The notes under the pieces: generated by a model
Database searches by the model: none
Seen by the model: the letters and a program-made list of their open reading frames with translations, nothing else
What the model was told of the DNA's origin: nothing
Translations under genes and position numbers: made by a program
In this document: positions 8,801 through 19,107 of the stretch, piece after piece
How positions within the stretch are numbered: the stretch's first letter is position 1
Layout of the letters: each line of letters begins with the position of its first letter
From: an uncultured Acidobacteriota bacterium
Lineage (GTDB): Bacteria > Acidobacteriota > UBA6911
Assembly (NCBI GenBank): GCA_963827655.1
Contig: CAWHCF010000023.1
Location: 64,001-128,000, forward strand
Length of the DNA: 64,000 bases
Reading direction: 5' to 3'

Positions 8801-9761
8801 CGGCTCGCGCACCGCTGCCGGGTTCACCGATGCCACCAGCCTCACGAACCTCGACCAGAACAACATTGGCACCCTGGCCGACCGGATGGACAAGAGCCAG
8901 GGCGGGAGCCGCGGCCCCCTGGCTGCCTTCGCCCGCGACAACTTCTTCCGGCCCAACCCCCAGTTCGACGTGGCGGGGCTCGGCGCGTCGGTCTCGCGTT
9001 CCTGGTACAACTCGCTCCAGCTGCAGATCCGGAGCAACTACCGCAACCTTCTGCAATACGCGTTCAACTACACCTTCCAGAAGTCGATCGACGACACCTC
9101 GAACGAGACCGTCGCCGCCGGCACGGCTTTCGACTTTCCCTACGACTCGAAGAACCTCCGGCTGAACCGCGCTCGCTCGGACTTCGATGTCAGCCAGGTC
9201 TTCCGCGGCTATGCCATTTACGACCTGCCCGTCGGCCGGGGCCGCCGCTTCGGCTCCTCGCTCCATCCGGTGTTCGATCAGATCGTGGGCGGCTGGCAGG
9301 TCAATACGATCATCGATATCTCGACGGGCTTTCCGTTCACGGTCAGCTCCGGCAGCCAGACTAACGGCTACTTCACCGCGTCACCGGCAGACTGCGGCGC
9401 CGGCGGTCGCGGGACGGCGAACGTTGACAAGAACGACGCGCGCGGCGGGGTCTGGCTTTTGGGTGCGGACGATTCGAGCAACCTCAGCATTCCGGCGGCC
9501 GGCATGCTCGGCAGCTGCGGGCGCAACACCTTCACCGGCGCGGGCTATACCCAGTTCGATTTCGGCATCTTCAAGAGCTTCCGGATGAGCGAGCGCTCGA
9601 GGCTCGATTTCCGGGCCGAGATGTTCAATGCCTTCAACCAGGCGAATTTCAACAATCCGACCGAAGCCAACCGGAGCATCCAGAGCGCCACGTTCGGCAA
9701 GGTCACGAGCCTGCGGGCGCCGAACCGGGTGATGCAGTTCGCATTGAAGCTGATTTTTTGA
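5892..9761 (+). CDS. Oar-like TonB-dependent receptor with N-terminal carboxypeptidase-regulatory-like domain
   Basis: Signal peptide; ITKSGTNELHGNAYEFLRN, YFQDDWR, LNLGLRYE; C-terminal RVMQFALKLIF. Confidence 0.95.
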   Translation: MKLTSVLLACACILLYSIALPAQSATGQISGTVFDPSGALIPGASIKVTSVGTGVTREAAAGVNGTFVVPSLPAGMYIVQVEMPGFRTYVVQNVEVTVGADYSLRVVMETGSVDSTITVTASAVQVQTSEASVSNLVDEKTLVTLPLNRRNPLHLLSLIPGVVGHSAEATTATGTVTHYVNGDRGRGVLTTLDGIDISDPIIPRGELTNAPVNPDMVQEFRVTTALARAEYGRNSGAQIEMITKSGTNELHGNAYEFLRNTALDANSFFNNHLPDPITRSAPIPRELLQQNQFGAAVGGPIIKNKMFYFFNYEGIRRKQAFLTSSTVFTPAARQGIFRFVRGNITLSDGRVFNRLNPALVDPGSGSVRGDVPLCGGSVATDCLDTYNIVASDPRRLGLDPVMQQLINLYPAPNDYTTGDGLNTAFFRWNSPSEAPADVYAGKVDYIFNSRYEMFARYNLAWRNDLIGDFINDALGRTPRTVPARSRLSRNQGAAAGFKMIWSPSLLNDLRFGFTRTSLQFVDTTHPIRSGADDFGKVPELRTTAMNTPFVYWGGTFRYPEHFQLRDGISWQRGPHALRFGGDLRFYRFNNRRDVGSNPQGSGISVFPSVRFTEGVVPFTGTTPLNVVPNATDRTTLERMYNELLGIAAQVDQIMYSDGSQYAPGNGLIMYQRQREYSLYFQDDWRLHRRFTLNLGLRYELFGVPYDDGGLQVVPDKPLQQGPVTFLKAGPGTGRQWYGSDTNDLAPALGFAWDFMGDGRTALRGGYRINYNRLVAWALNVVEQRQPAIGLDPQIRGECRDPNTGAFGACGGAFSDPLRLPEIAQHPRVVVNDGLPSLRSPVPNQINATPPDTRRESPFFFADDFRSAKVHQFSLSLQRELAANTVLEVGYIGSRGLGLFRFLNVDDIEIRSNGFLQEFVNARKNLEVCRANPAACRTAAGSTSATFASFADLGLPGQVPVPIFTSLFSATGSRTAAGFTDATSLTNLDQNNIGTLADRMDKSQGGSRGPLAAFARDNFFRPNPQFDVAGLGASVSRSWYNSLQLQIRSNYRNLLQYAFNYTFQKSIDDTSNETVAAGTAFDFPYDSKNLRLNRARSDFDVSQVFRGYAIYDLPVGRGRRFGSSLHPVFDQIVGGWQVNTIIDISTGFPFTVSSGSQTNGYFTASPADCGAGGRGTANVDKNDARGGVWLLGADDSSNLSIPAAGMLGSCGRNTFTGAGYTQFDFGIFKSFRMSERSRLDFRAEMFNAFNQANFNNPTEANRSIQSATFGKVTSLRAPNRVMQFALKLIF

Positions 9762-9838
9762 TTTCGACCGGAGCGGGCGGCTTCGTGGGCCTGAGCGCTC
9801 GTGAATCGGACAGAACGGCAGAACATGCCGCTCGATTG

Positions 9839-12800
9839 CTAGAACGTGCCCATGACTGACAACTTCCTGATGGTCTCCAGCACGGATCCGCGATAATAAG
9901 GATTCGCGTCATAGTACGCGCGATTGAGCGCGATCAGGACCGGGCGGAGGTTTTCTGGGTTGTTCTTCCAGTCCAGCATCCCGAGGCTGGACAAAAGGCC
10001 CCAATTTTCTTTACGCACGGCGCGACAGAGGGCGGCGACGATGTCGCTGCGGGCCAGGCGGAGTTCACCCAAGCAGGAGACGGCAGCACCATGGTCGAAT
10101 CCAATCGTGTCGTTCGTCTTGCTCAGCAATTTCGCGATAAGCTCTTCACTAACCGCACCCAGGCGTATCAGACCGACGGCTGCCGAGCGCCACACATCAT
10201 GGTCGTAATGATCCATCGCTCTTCTGAGCGCGTGGATCACCGGCTCTGTCGCGCGTCCAAGCCGCGTCAGAGCCACGGCTGCCGCCCGTTTCACGAAAAT
10301 GTCAGCATCGTCCAGTGCACTAACAAGTACGGCGATCGTCTCATCGCTCGGATCTGAAAGGTGCGCGAGACCGAATGCAGCAGCCGTCTTTATGTATCTG
10401 CTGCCATCATCCTGCCGAGAGAATGACGTTCTCTCCAACATTTGGAGGTAGAAATCCAGATCCTTGTTCGGCGCCGGAGATTTATGGTCGATAGCCCGAA
10501 GCAACGCTCTCAGCGCTCCGGGGTTTTCGGAAGCCAGCATTCCCAAGCTGCGCGCCGCGGATTTGCGCGCGCTCAACTTTGTCATGTCGCGCCGCATAAC
10601 GATCTCGTCACCATGGCTCTGCGCGATAAGAACACGTTCCAGTTGGCCTACTACCCGGTCCTGCGATTGATGAAGCTCTCCCAGCGCCTCCGCCGCGGCG
10701 GCGACAAGACCATCGTCTTTGCTCCCCAACGACTGAACCAGTCCGGTCACGATATCGTCGCGAACACGGCCGAGCTTTGCCACGCTCCTTGCCGCCTCGA
10801 CTCGAGCGCGAGGATTCTTATGCTGCAGGGCGCTTACGAGTCCGGCCAGAACCTCGTCTGTAGCGCGCCCGATTTCCCCGAGACGGGCCGCAGCATCCTC
10901 GGCGTCAAGATAGCCGTCCAATTGCCGCAGTAATGCCGCCAGGACCTGATCATTCGTTCGACCGAGCTCCACGAGCACCTTTGCGGAAGCTCTTTGAGCA
11001 GGTAGCGTCTGCGATCCGTGTGCACGTGTCAGGATCGAGATCACTGGCTCTGTCACCTGTCCGAGACGTGCCAGCCCGACCGCCGCTGACATCCGGACTT
11101 CCCAGTCGGAATCCTCAAGCGCTCGCATAAGAAACGGCAGCGTCGCAGCGTTGCAGTGGGCGGCAAGGCTGTCGACCGACGAGCGCCGAATGTTCACGTC
11201 GGGGTCGCTGAGCGAGTCCGTCAGGATCCTGGTCACGCGCGGGTCTCGGTAATCTGCATACGACAGGGCGGTCAAGGCCGCATCTCTGGCCCGTCCTGAC
11301 GCGCTTTCACCCGCGCGAACAATCGCCGCGAGGGCTTCGGCGTTCGACACGGACAGTCTGCCCAGGAACCCAATGGCAAATCGCCGTGCGTCGAAATCAT
11401 TGCTGTCGAAAGCGCGGCTCAGAAGCGATGTCACGGGTTGCGGGAGAGCGCTACGTAAGACGTTAAGAGTGGCTAAAGCCAGCGGACTGAGGCGTCCCTC
11501 GGAGTCGGCTGCTCTCGCACGATCATCCAAAAGCTCAAAGATGAGATCCGACGCCTCGGATTGGAGCCGCGCTTGGACTCGGGACATGTTGGCGTGCGGC
11601 ACACTTTCGGCCCAGGCTGCCGCGACGAGTTCGAATTCGCGGCGCAGCATGCCCGCTATGCGGCGTTCGAGCTGAACACCGGCGAGGTATCGCCCCGGTT
11701 GAATGCGCGGGTTGAGCTTTGGATTGAACCGGAGGATCGAGAGGGGACGGGAGCACAGGCCCAGAATGCGCGATACCAGCTTGACCGTCTTCTCCGGGTC
11801 GTCGCCTGCGGATATGAGGTGCGCGATTGCCAGAACATGGACCTCATGCCACCACTCCTGGTGCAAGTGTTCGAGCACGGCATCAACGCACTTGGCCTCG
11901 GGCAGGCGCGCAATGTATAACGCGGCGAGATACTCTTGCAGCGTCTGATGTGGAAATCCGTACTGGTCGGGACCAAACCGCTGGAGAACTCCCGACCGCA
12001 CCGCCAGGCTGTCGAGCAGCGCTCCCGCCTCGACGCCGCCCATCGCCGAGGCCTCCTGGACTATCATGAGCAGATCCGAGCGGCCGGCCCGCGACTGTCC
12101 GCGCGAGTGAACGGCGTAGGCTACGGCAGCAAGGATGCGGGTCGGGCGCTCTTCGTCAATCGCCGCTTGATGTTCCCGTCCTATCTCCCGAACGCTCTGC
12201 CACTTCATCAGCATCCGGCAGCACCGGTCGTAGAGCTGCACTTTCAGCTCCGGCAGATATCCCTCGTTGCGCCAGATGAGAAACAGGATGGTTGCCAGCA
12301 GCGGTGTCCCGGAAAGGTCCGCCAGGCGGGGGTTCGACTGGATTCTCGAAAACAGAGCCTGAGCCTCGGTCTTGGACTGTCCGGCAGTCAGGTTCGCATC
12401 TCGAGAGTACCAGCGTTCGAAGTATGCCTGAACATTTTCCGAAGTGAACGGCTTCACCTGACAGACTCGGAATCGAGTTCGAAGCACGGTCTCGGTTTCC
12501 GCCAGCGGACCCGGCCGGGTCGTGAGGATCACCCGATGGTTGGGATAAACGCGCGAGAGTTCCACCAGCGACTCGCTGATTCGAAGGCGTGCTTGCGCGC
12601 TCGCGACCTCATCGAGACCGTCGAATAGCAGCAGGCAGTCGCGCGAGGCCAGCGCGTCCGCAAAGAACGTCTGCGGTATGCCCGCGAAAGCCTGCTGCCG
12701 CGCCAGCATCTCCGGAAGAACCGCAGGCCAGGATGGCGAAACCCGGCCGCTCGAGATCTCGTCGGGTAAGCGGCCGAGTTCAATGAGAATCGGGATGCGA

Positions 12801-13543
12801 CCCCCTCGCTCCACGGAGGTCACGGCCAGCCAGCGGAGCAGGGCGCTCTTACCTGCCCCGGGCGTTCCGGAAAGAACCACATTCCCTTGCAATATCGCGT
12901 CGAGCGAGACCCGCTCCGAGACGGTAACAACCATCTCTGTGTCCTGCCTGCCGCGGGACTTATCTTTAGGCGCCGGCTGGCGAACTAACTTGAGCTCGTC
13001 AATCGAAAGAGGCACGTAAACGTCGAGCAGCGATACGCCACCGGTGAAGACATCGCTGCGCTCGAATGCGGCGAAGCTGACAGTGTTGTAAGCAAGCGCA
13101 AGGCGGTTCACGTACTCGCGTTCGGCTGCCCTCGGGTGCGCACTCCCGAGTGTTTCGATAATTGAAACCCTTAGCCGTTCTGCCAGAGTCTCCAATTCAC
13201 CGGGACCGCCGTAGGTCAGCGACCGATGGTGCCTGACGTCAAACGGGAGCGAATCGGCGGAGTCCACGAGCAGGATCGCCGGAACCTGGGTCCGGCCGAG
13301 CTCGAAGAACACATTCGGATTGTTTCCGGTGAGAAGTGCGATGACGAGATCCGCCCGCGCGAGTTCGTCCTCGACATGATCCATGATCACGCCGGCACGG
13401 CTGATACGGGCCGGATGGACAAGTTCGATGCCCGCGCCCCTTCCAGCCGCACGGATCGCGTCCTGGACGGCCGCAAACACTGCCGCGTCCTCGTTCCCTG
13501 CGCGTTCCGGCGTGAACGGCGTGATCAGGAACGCACGGCTCAT
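9839..13543 (-). CDS. NLR-like STAND protein: nucleoside-deoxyribosyltransferase/TIR-like N-terminus, NACHT NTPase, HEAT repeats
   Basis: ADLVIALLTGNNPNVFFELG...LPFDVRH; Walker A GTPGAGKS; Walker B LLLFDGLDEV; FPHQTLQEYLAA; many HEAT-like repeats. Confidence 0.85.
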   Translation of the reverse strand: MSRAFLITPFTPERAGNEDAAVFAAVQDAIRAAGRGAGIELVHPARISRAGVIMDHVEDELARADLVIALLTGNNPNVFFELGRTQVPAILLVDSADSLPFDVRHHRSLTYGGPGELETLAERLRVSIIETLGSAHPRAAEREYVNRLALAYNTVSFAAFERSDVFTGGVSLLDVYVPLSIDELKLVRQPAPKDKSRGRQDTEMVVTVSERVSLDAILQGNVVLSGTPGAGKSALLRWLAVTSVERGGRIPILIELGRLPDEISSGRVSPSWPAVLPEMLARQQAFAGIPQTFFADALASRDCLLLFDGLDEVASAQARLRISESLVELSRVYPNHRVILTTRPGPLAETETVLRTRFRVCQVKPFTSENVQAYFERWYSRDANLTAGQSKTEAQALFSRIQSNPRLADLSGTPLLATILFLIWRNEGYLPELKVQLYDRCCRMLMKWQSVREIGREHQAAIDEERPTRILAAVAYAVHSRGQSRAGRSDLLMIVQEASAMGGVEAGALLDSLAVRSGVLQRFGPDQYGFPHQTLQEYLAALYIARLPEAKCVDAVLEHLHQEWWHEVHVLAIAHLISAGDDPEKTVKLVSRILGLCSRPLSILRFNPKLNPRIQPGRYLAGVQLERRIAGMLRREFELVAAAWAESVPHANMSRVQARLQSEASDLIFELLDDRARAADSEGRLSPLALATLNVLRSALPQPVTSLLSRAFDSNDFDARRFAIGFLGRLSVSNAEALAAIVRAGESASGRARDAALTALSYADYRDPRVTRILTDSLSDPDVNIRRSSVDSLAAHCNAATLPFLMRALEDSDWEVRMSAAVGLARLGQVTEPVISILTRAHGSQTLPAQRASAKVLVELGRTNDQVLAALLRQLDGYLDAEDAAARLGEIGRATDEVLAGLVSALQHKNPRARVEAARSVAKLGRVRDDIVTGLVQSLGSKDDGLVAAAAEALGELHQSQDRVVGQLERVLIAQSHGDEIVMRRDMTKLSARKSAARSLGMLASENPGALRALLRAIDHKSPAPNKDLDFYLQMLERTSFSRQDDGSRYIKTAAAFGLAHLSDPSDETIAVLVSALDDADIFVKRAAAVALTRLGRATEPVIHALRRAMDHYDHDVWRSAAVGLIRLGAVSEELIAKLLSKTNDTIGFDHGAAVSCLGELRLARSDIVAALCRAVRKENWGLLSSLGMLDWKNNPENLRPVLIALNRAYYDANPYYRGSVLETIRKLSVMGTF

Positions 13544-13633
13544 CTCTGTCACTATACCTTTGGTGTCACCCTTGAAAATTCAATTCTGTTAACCGACTGG
13601 CGGCGGCGACGCGTCAGACGATTTTCCGAATTT

Positions 13634-16172
13634 TCAAGGCCTGACACCATCCTTACGCTTGACATAGATCGCGCGCGCTTCCCGGTACTGAGCCAGGACG
13701 TGCTCTTTCTCCCAGTCCGAACGCCAACCGGGATGGGCCTTGGTTAGTTCCGTCAGCTTGTCAATCCAGCGAATGAAGTAGTCGGCGGATGCCGCCGAAC
13801 GGATCGGAGCTTCGCCGACGTACACGAAGATGGGGTTGGTCGTGGCCATGGGACGACTGTCTTCGACGGGATGGCGCGCCTTCTCCGAAATCGCCTGAAG
13901 CGTGAACCATCCCGACCGGTGACAGAAACTTCCTTGTCGAATTTTGCCTGACGGCGTTCGCCGTCAAGCGGGATCTTCTCGAGTACCGACCCGTTGCGCA
14001 CCACCTCGAGGCGATCCACGGGCGCGATCGAGTTCAGCGTTCCGCGCAAGCGCACGGTTCCACCTCCGGCCGGCAGGCGGATGTCGTCCCCCGGCATGGC
14101 CTCGTTCACGGTGAACTCCAGGAGCGGGCCGTTGGTCACGAAACCGCGCCCCTTCAGCAGCGCGTTCTTGAAGTTCTCCCAGCTCAGGTTCCCGGGTCCG
14201 AGGAAGAAGTAGCCCCGCGTGGCTCCCACCAGCCGCGTTCGGTGCAGGTTGGAGATCGAATCCTCGCCGCCGGTGGCGGGAAGCTTGAATCCGTTATTGA
14301 GCACATGGTGCCACACAATCAGCCCGCCCGCGCCTGCCGTCGACCAGAGCTCAAGATAGCTCATTGACTCGAGGGCGGCGTCCACCGGAAGACCTTTCGC
14401 CACGCCCAGATCGGATTCGAGCGGATCGCGCTCGCCATAAGGGTGCACGTAGGCTCCGATGCCGCCCTGCTGCTTGGCCAACCGGAAGATATCCGGTGTT
14501 CGAAGGATAGAGGCTCTCGATCGCCGTCCCCTCGTATCCCGTGGTAAAGGGCGAGATCAGATGCTCCTTCAGATTGAAGAGCGAGATGTGGCCGTAGAAA
14601 GGAGGACGATACTCCTGGCCTGTGTGCATGATCTGCTCGCGCGTTGATGCGGGATGGGTCATGCGGCCGGCTGCGTAGTGCTGATAATCGAGAATGCGGT
14701 TATCCTTGTTAGCAATCTGGTGTCCGATAATGTCGGCATCCTCGGCGGCATTCATGAACACCAGGTTCTCCGGCGTGTTGTGAAGATTTCCGCCGTAGTT
14801 CATGTGAACGTGGTTGCTGCCTGAGTACCATCCCTTCGCCTTCAAGTTCACCATGCGGCGCAGCGTCAGGGTGAGCGAGGCGGTTTGCCCGGCAGTAATA
14901 TTGGCGGTGGCCTTGGCAGGCTCGTATTCGAAGCCTTTGACCGCCTCGACCGAATACGAGCCGGGCGGGACTTCAGTGACAAATTCTCCTCGAGTGTGAA
15001 ACAAAGGCTGGTTGAGGGAGGAGAGGCGCTCGTACGAATCGGGCGGGGTGTAAGACTTGCCATCAGCGGCACGCTGGTAGATGCGCGCCGGCGTCGGCTT
15101 GCCGGTTTCACCGTCGACAACACGCACCTCGACCTTGCCCATCGGGCGAGCCCAGCGCTTGGCGGAGATCCGGACCAGCCGCTGCGTGCCTCCCCACGCC
15201 TTGAGCAGCTTCAACTGCGGCAATCCCTCTTCATTGGATACGTAGGCAATCCACTCGCCGTCGGGCGACCAGCGAGGGTGGAAGCTGTCGTACTCGCCGA
15301 AGGTCAGCTTGTAGGGCTCCCCTCCGGCGGCCGGCAAGACAAAGAGGTTGCTGTATTGATGCCCGAGGTGAGAGCTGTAGACAATCCGCTTGCCATCACG
15401 CGACCAGTGAGGACGAGTCCGGTAAAGGGTCTCCTCCTTGTGAATCATCTGGGCGCGGGAAGAGTTCATCACGTCCGCAACCACCGGGGCGCGCCAGATC
15501 GCGCCCGATCCGAGCGGGATCCCGCGGTTACTGACAAATATGATTTCACGGCCGTCCGGCGACCAGGTGGGCGAGATATGCAGATCGTGATCGCCGAAAT
15601 AGAGCCGGTCTCTGCCAAAGCGATGATCGGAAGTCAGGGCCGAGACGCTTCCCTTCTTGCCGTTCTTGAGCTCCATGACGTAGATGTTGTAGTAGCCGTT
15701 CGGCTCCGTGGAGACGTAGGCCAGCCGGGTGCCATCGGGTGACCAGGCCGGATCGAGATTGAGGTGGTTCCCGGAGGTGAGAGTCTCGGACTGCCCGGTT
15801 TCGATATTCAATATCTTCAGATTTATCGTCCGTGCCGTCATCCGCCGTGTAAACGAGCCATTTGCCGTCGGGCGACCATTCGGGCGAGGAGAGATACTCT
15901 TTCGAGTAAACCATCTCCTGCGCGACGGTTTCGCCCAATCCCATCTTCCAGAGCGAACCATCCATCGCGAAAGCGATCCACTTCCCGTCGGGTGACCAGG
16001 ACGGCCACCAGGGTGTGCTGCTGCCCGAAGGGGGGAGATAGAAGTTCAGCATGTAGTTCCCGCCGGTCCTGGCAACCGGGTGGGGCTGGCTTCCGAACTG
16101 CGCACGGGCCGGCTCAAAGACCATACAGCTGAGACTGAGATACAGGAGCGGAACGACCATGTTGCCTTTCAT
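13634..16172 (-). CDS. TolB-like PD40-repeat protein fused to a CehA/McbA-family PHP-like metallohydrolase (frameshifts ~15835, ~14495, ~13915)
   Basis: Repeated PxWSPDG; GWYSGSNHVHMNY, YVHP, GGEDS, FVTNGPLL, TNPIFV; four consecutive ORFs join into one gene. Confidence 0.85.
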
Positions 16173-16317
16173 AGACTCTCCTCCTCCCTCCACCATCGCC
16201 GCGCTTCAGGCTGGTCGAGTAGGTAGTGCTCGCGTGCTACACTTTCCTCGAATATACGGAGGCTATCATGACGGCGTCGCTCGACCATCGAGAATTTCTT
16301 CAGCAGGCAGCTATCGC

Positions 16318-19107
16318 ATGAGATACAAGCGCAGCTTCTGGATTCCTGGTTTGCTTTGCCTTGTCCCCGTACTCAACGCGCAGTCTCGCGTGCCGCCGTA
16401 TGACCTGTGGAATCCCCAGGTTCTCTCCCAGATTCGAGACCGCTCGACGCTTGAGCTCTCGACCGCGGTTCACCTCGGATACTCGGATGTGTTCTTTACC
16501 TCGAATCCATCCGCCAGCTGGTTCGAGGCGGTCCCTCCTTATGCCGAGCACCGCAACGAGCGAATCCGGATTCATGGGTTTCTGGCTTCGCCTCTGGTTG
16601 GCGGCCCTTACCCCGCGCTGGTACTCGGGCATGGACACGGCGGGAGAGCGGATCGTGACACGGCTCTCCTGGTAGCGAGCCTGGGCTATGTTGCCCTGTT
16701 CATCGATGGTCCGGAGGCAGGCGAGTCTACGGGCGGTCCCGAGGATGAGAACCAGGCATGGATCTCGGTCGATCGAGGACCCCAGTATGGCTACCTGTAC
16801 CATTATGCCTACGCCGGCATGCGAGCGCTCACCGCGCTGGAGTCCCTGGCCGCGCTGCCGGGAAATCCCTTCCGCATCGACGCCGCCAGGCTCGGCGTCG
16901 TCGGCGCGTCCATGGGGGGAATCATGGCGACTTACCTCAACGGAATTGATGAACGCGTGAAGGCGGCCGTGATTGTCGCGTCGGCGGGCAACTGGCACCA
17001 CGCGCTCCGTTATCCTAATTCCTGGCTGTATCACGGCATTTACAACGGAACCCGCGATCTTCCCTATAACGGCAGCGATCCACTCAACTCGATCGAGAAC
17101 ATCGACACCGACGCGACGGCCGTGACCTTCTTGAATTACTTCGACCCGATTCGATACGCGCCGCGCCAGCACGCGCCTGTCTTGACCGTGATTGGAACTC
17201 ACGACCAGTACTTTCCACTCCCAAGCGCCAACCTGATGGAACAGGCGATCACCTCGGCCGGGACTCAGGCAAACTTCGAGAAGCGCCTCTGGCTTCTGCC
17301 CAACACGCCTCATGGATTTGGCGGGGCGGCCGACCTGCTCACCCTCGCGAGTGGTTTGCGGCAGTGGCTGGATTATGCCTTCGGAAGGCGGGACCGGCCT
17401 CTGGCTGCGCCTCAGGTGACGCCATTCCAGGAAGGAGGCGGCCTGCGGTTCGAGATCACCCTGGCGGAGAGCGCCGCGCGGCTCTCGGGCGCACAGGCGA
17501 CCCTTTATGCGGCGACGCGCGTGGATTCGACTATCGCGCCGATCCGCGACTTCAAGGCATACCCCGCGGCTCGGCAGGGAGATCGATTCGTCGCCCAGAT
17601 TCCGCCGGGAGAAACCAGCGGCTCCGGGGATATCATCCAGATCGGCAACGTGATCTTCTACGCAACCATCACCGACGCGCTCGGCCTGCCGGTCTCTTCT
17701 CTGATGTACAAGGGGAGGGCTCCTATGGATTTGTCCTCCGACTTCACTCCCAAGCTTGATCCCTTCTCCGGCAACAGCGCGGCTCCTCTACCACCGCCAC
17801 CCTCGGATGCAGCCGTCAGGGTCTTGAGCTCGATACCGGTGTCGGAAGGCGCGTTCCAGGGAGTGGCGCTCTCCAATACGACTGACAATACTCTGACCGT
17901 GCGGGTCGAGGCCCGCTCCCTTGACGGAAGGATCGCAGCGGCGGAGGGGCTCATGAACCCCGCGTTTGTGACTCTCGCTCCGCGCTCGCAGAACGTATTC
18001 CTTGCCGAGGAGTGGTTGGGACCGGGCGCAAGGCGCTTTGACGGGAGTTTCCAGGCGGCCTGGAGCGAGACCCGGACGTCCTTGCTGGCATTCCGCGGCA
18101 GCGCCATTCCTTCCGTGCTGGAGAGCATCGGTCCGTTACCCGCGCCCGCCGTCGATTTGTGGCTGCCGCTTGCTCCCGAACACGAGGGCGCGGCTTCACG
18201 GCGAATCCGAATCTTCTCCTCGGGGAGCGCGGCCACGGCCGAGGTGATCTTCCGTAACAAGTTCGGTACGACGGTGCAGACCCGTCAGGTCGCGATCGCG
18301 GCCAACGGTACCCTGGATGTGGCTCCGCCCGCCGGGTCCGGATTTTTTGAACCCGCTTCCGCCGAAGTGCGCTCCTCCGCGCCCGTGTCGGCGCGTCTCG
18401 AGGTAACGGGCGCCGGCGACTCCTGGAGCCTGGATGCGCGGCCGGGCCCGTCGCTGACCCGGTACGTTCAGCCCCATGTAGAATGGAACGGAGCTTTTCA
18501 GACACGGCTGATCTTTGTAAATCCCTCGGCCCAGACCCGCAGCGTCGCGTTGCAGCTCCGTTCCGCGGATGGAGTCGTAGCCGCTCCCAATTCGTTGCTG
18601 GTCATGATGGGCTTCTCCACCGCGAGCCTGACCGTCGAACAGCTCTTCGGCGGCATTCAGACGACCCGCGGGGCGGGATGGCTGGAGGCCAATGCTCTCG
18701 GCGGGCCGGTCCTGATAGCCGCGCTCGCCGCCGACCCGAACAGCGGGGCCGCGGCGGCCTCGTTTCTGGAGTCGAGCGGACCTGGTTTGTGGTCGATGCC
18801 TTTTTTCATCGAGAATTCGGGTTATTTCACGGGACTCGCGCTGGCGAATCCGGGCGATACGGCGGCCTCCATAGCGATCACGGCGTACGACCGCGCGGGC
18901 GTGGTGCTCGGGGGCGCCACCATCACGCTCGGTGCGCGCCAGGCGCAGACACGTCTCATCTCGCAATGGCTTCCCGAACTCAGGCCGGGTGCATCCGGTC
19001 ATATTTCGATCTCGTCGGACGGCGCGGCGGTGCCGCTGGCCTACTTTGGTACGACCGATGGCGCAACGCTGGCCGCGCTTCCGCTGCAACCTGTGGCGCC
19101 TCGGTAA
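16318..19107 (+). CDS. Secreted alpha/beta hydrolase (acetylxylan-esterase-like) with C-terminal beta-sandwich repeats
   Basis: Signal peptide; LGHGHGG, GASMGG nucleophile motif, GTHDQYF, NTPH; C-terminal GVALSN/GLALANP repeats. Confidence 0.75.
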   Translation: MRYKRSFWIPGLLCLVPVLNAQSRVPPYDLWNPQVLSQIRDRSTLELSTAVHLGYSDVFFTSNPSASWFEAVPPYAEHRNERIRIHGFLASPLVGGPYPALVLGHGHGGRADRDTALLVASLGYVALFIDGPEAGESTGGPEDENQAWISVDRGPQYGYLYHYAYAGMRALTALESLAALPGNPFRIDAARLGVVGASMGGIMATYLNGIDERVKAAVIVASAGNWHHALRYPNSWLYHGIYNGTRDLPYNGSDPLNSIENIDTDATAVTFLNYFDPIRYAPRQHAPVLTVIGTHDQYFPLPSANLMEQAITSAGTQANFEKRLWLLPNTPHGFGGAADLLTLASGLRQWLDYAFGRRDRPLAAPQVTPFQEGGGLRFEITLAESAARLSGAQATLYAATRVDSTIAPIRDFKAYPAARQGDRFVAQIPPGETSGSGDIIQIGNVIFYATITDALGLPVSSLMYKGRAPMDLSSDFTPKLDPFSGNSAAPLPPPPSDAAVRVLSSIPVSEGAFQGVALSNTTDNTLTVRVEARSLDGRIAAAEGLMNPAFVTLAPRSQNVFLAEEWLGPGARRFDGSFQAAWSETRTSLLAFRGSAIPSVLESIGPLPAPAVDLWLPLAPEHEGAASRRIRIFSSGSAATAEVIFRNKFGTTVQTRQVAIAANGTLDVAPPAGSGFFEPASAEVRSSAPVSARLEVTGAGDSWSLDARPGPSLTRYVQPHVEWNGAFQTRLIFVNPSAQTRSVALQLRSADGVVAAPNSLLVMMGFSTASLTVEQLFGGIQTTRGAGWLEANALGGPVLIAALAADPNSGAAAASFLESSGPGLWSMPFFIENSGYFTGLALANPGDTAASIAITAYDRAGVVLGGATITLGARQAQTRLISQWLPELRPGASGHISISSDGAAVPLAYFGTTDGATLAALPLQPVAPR

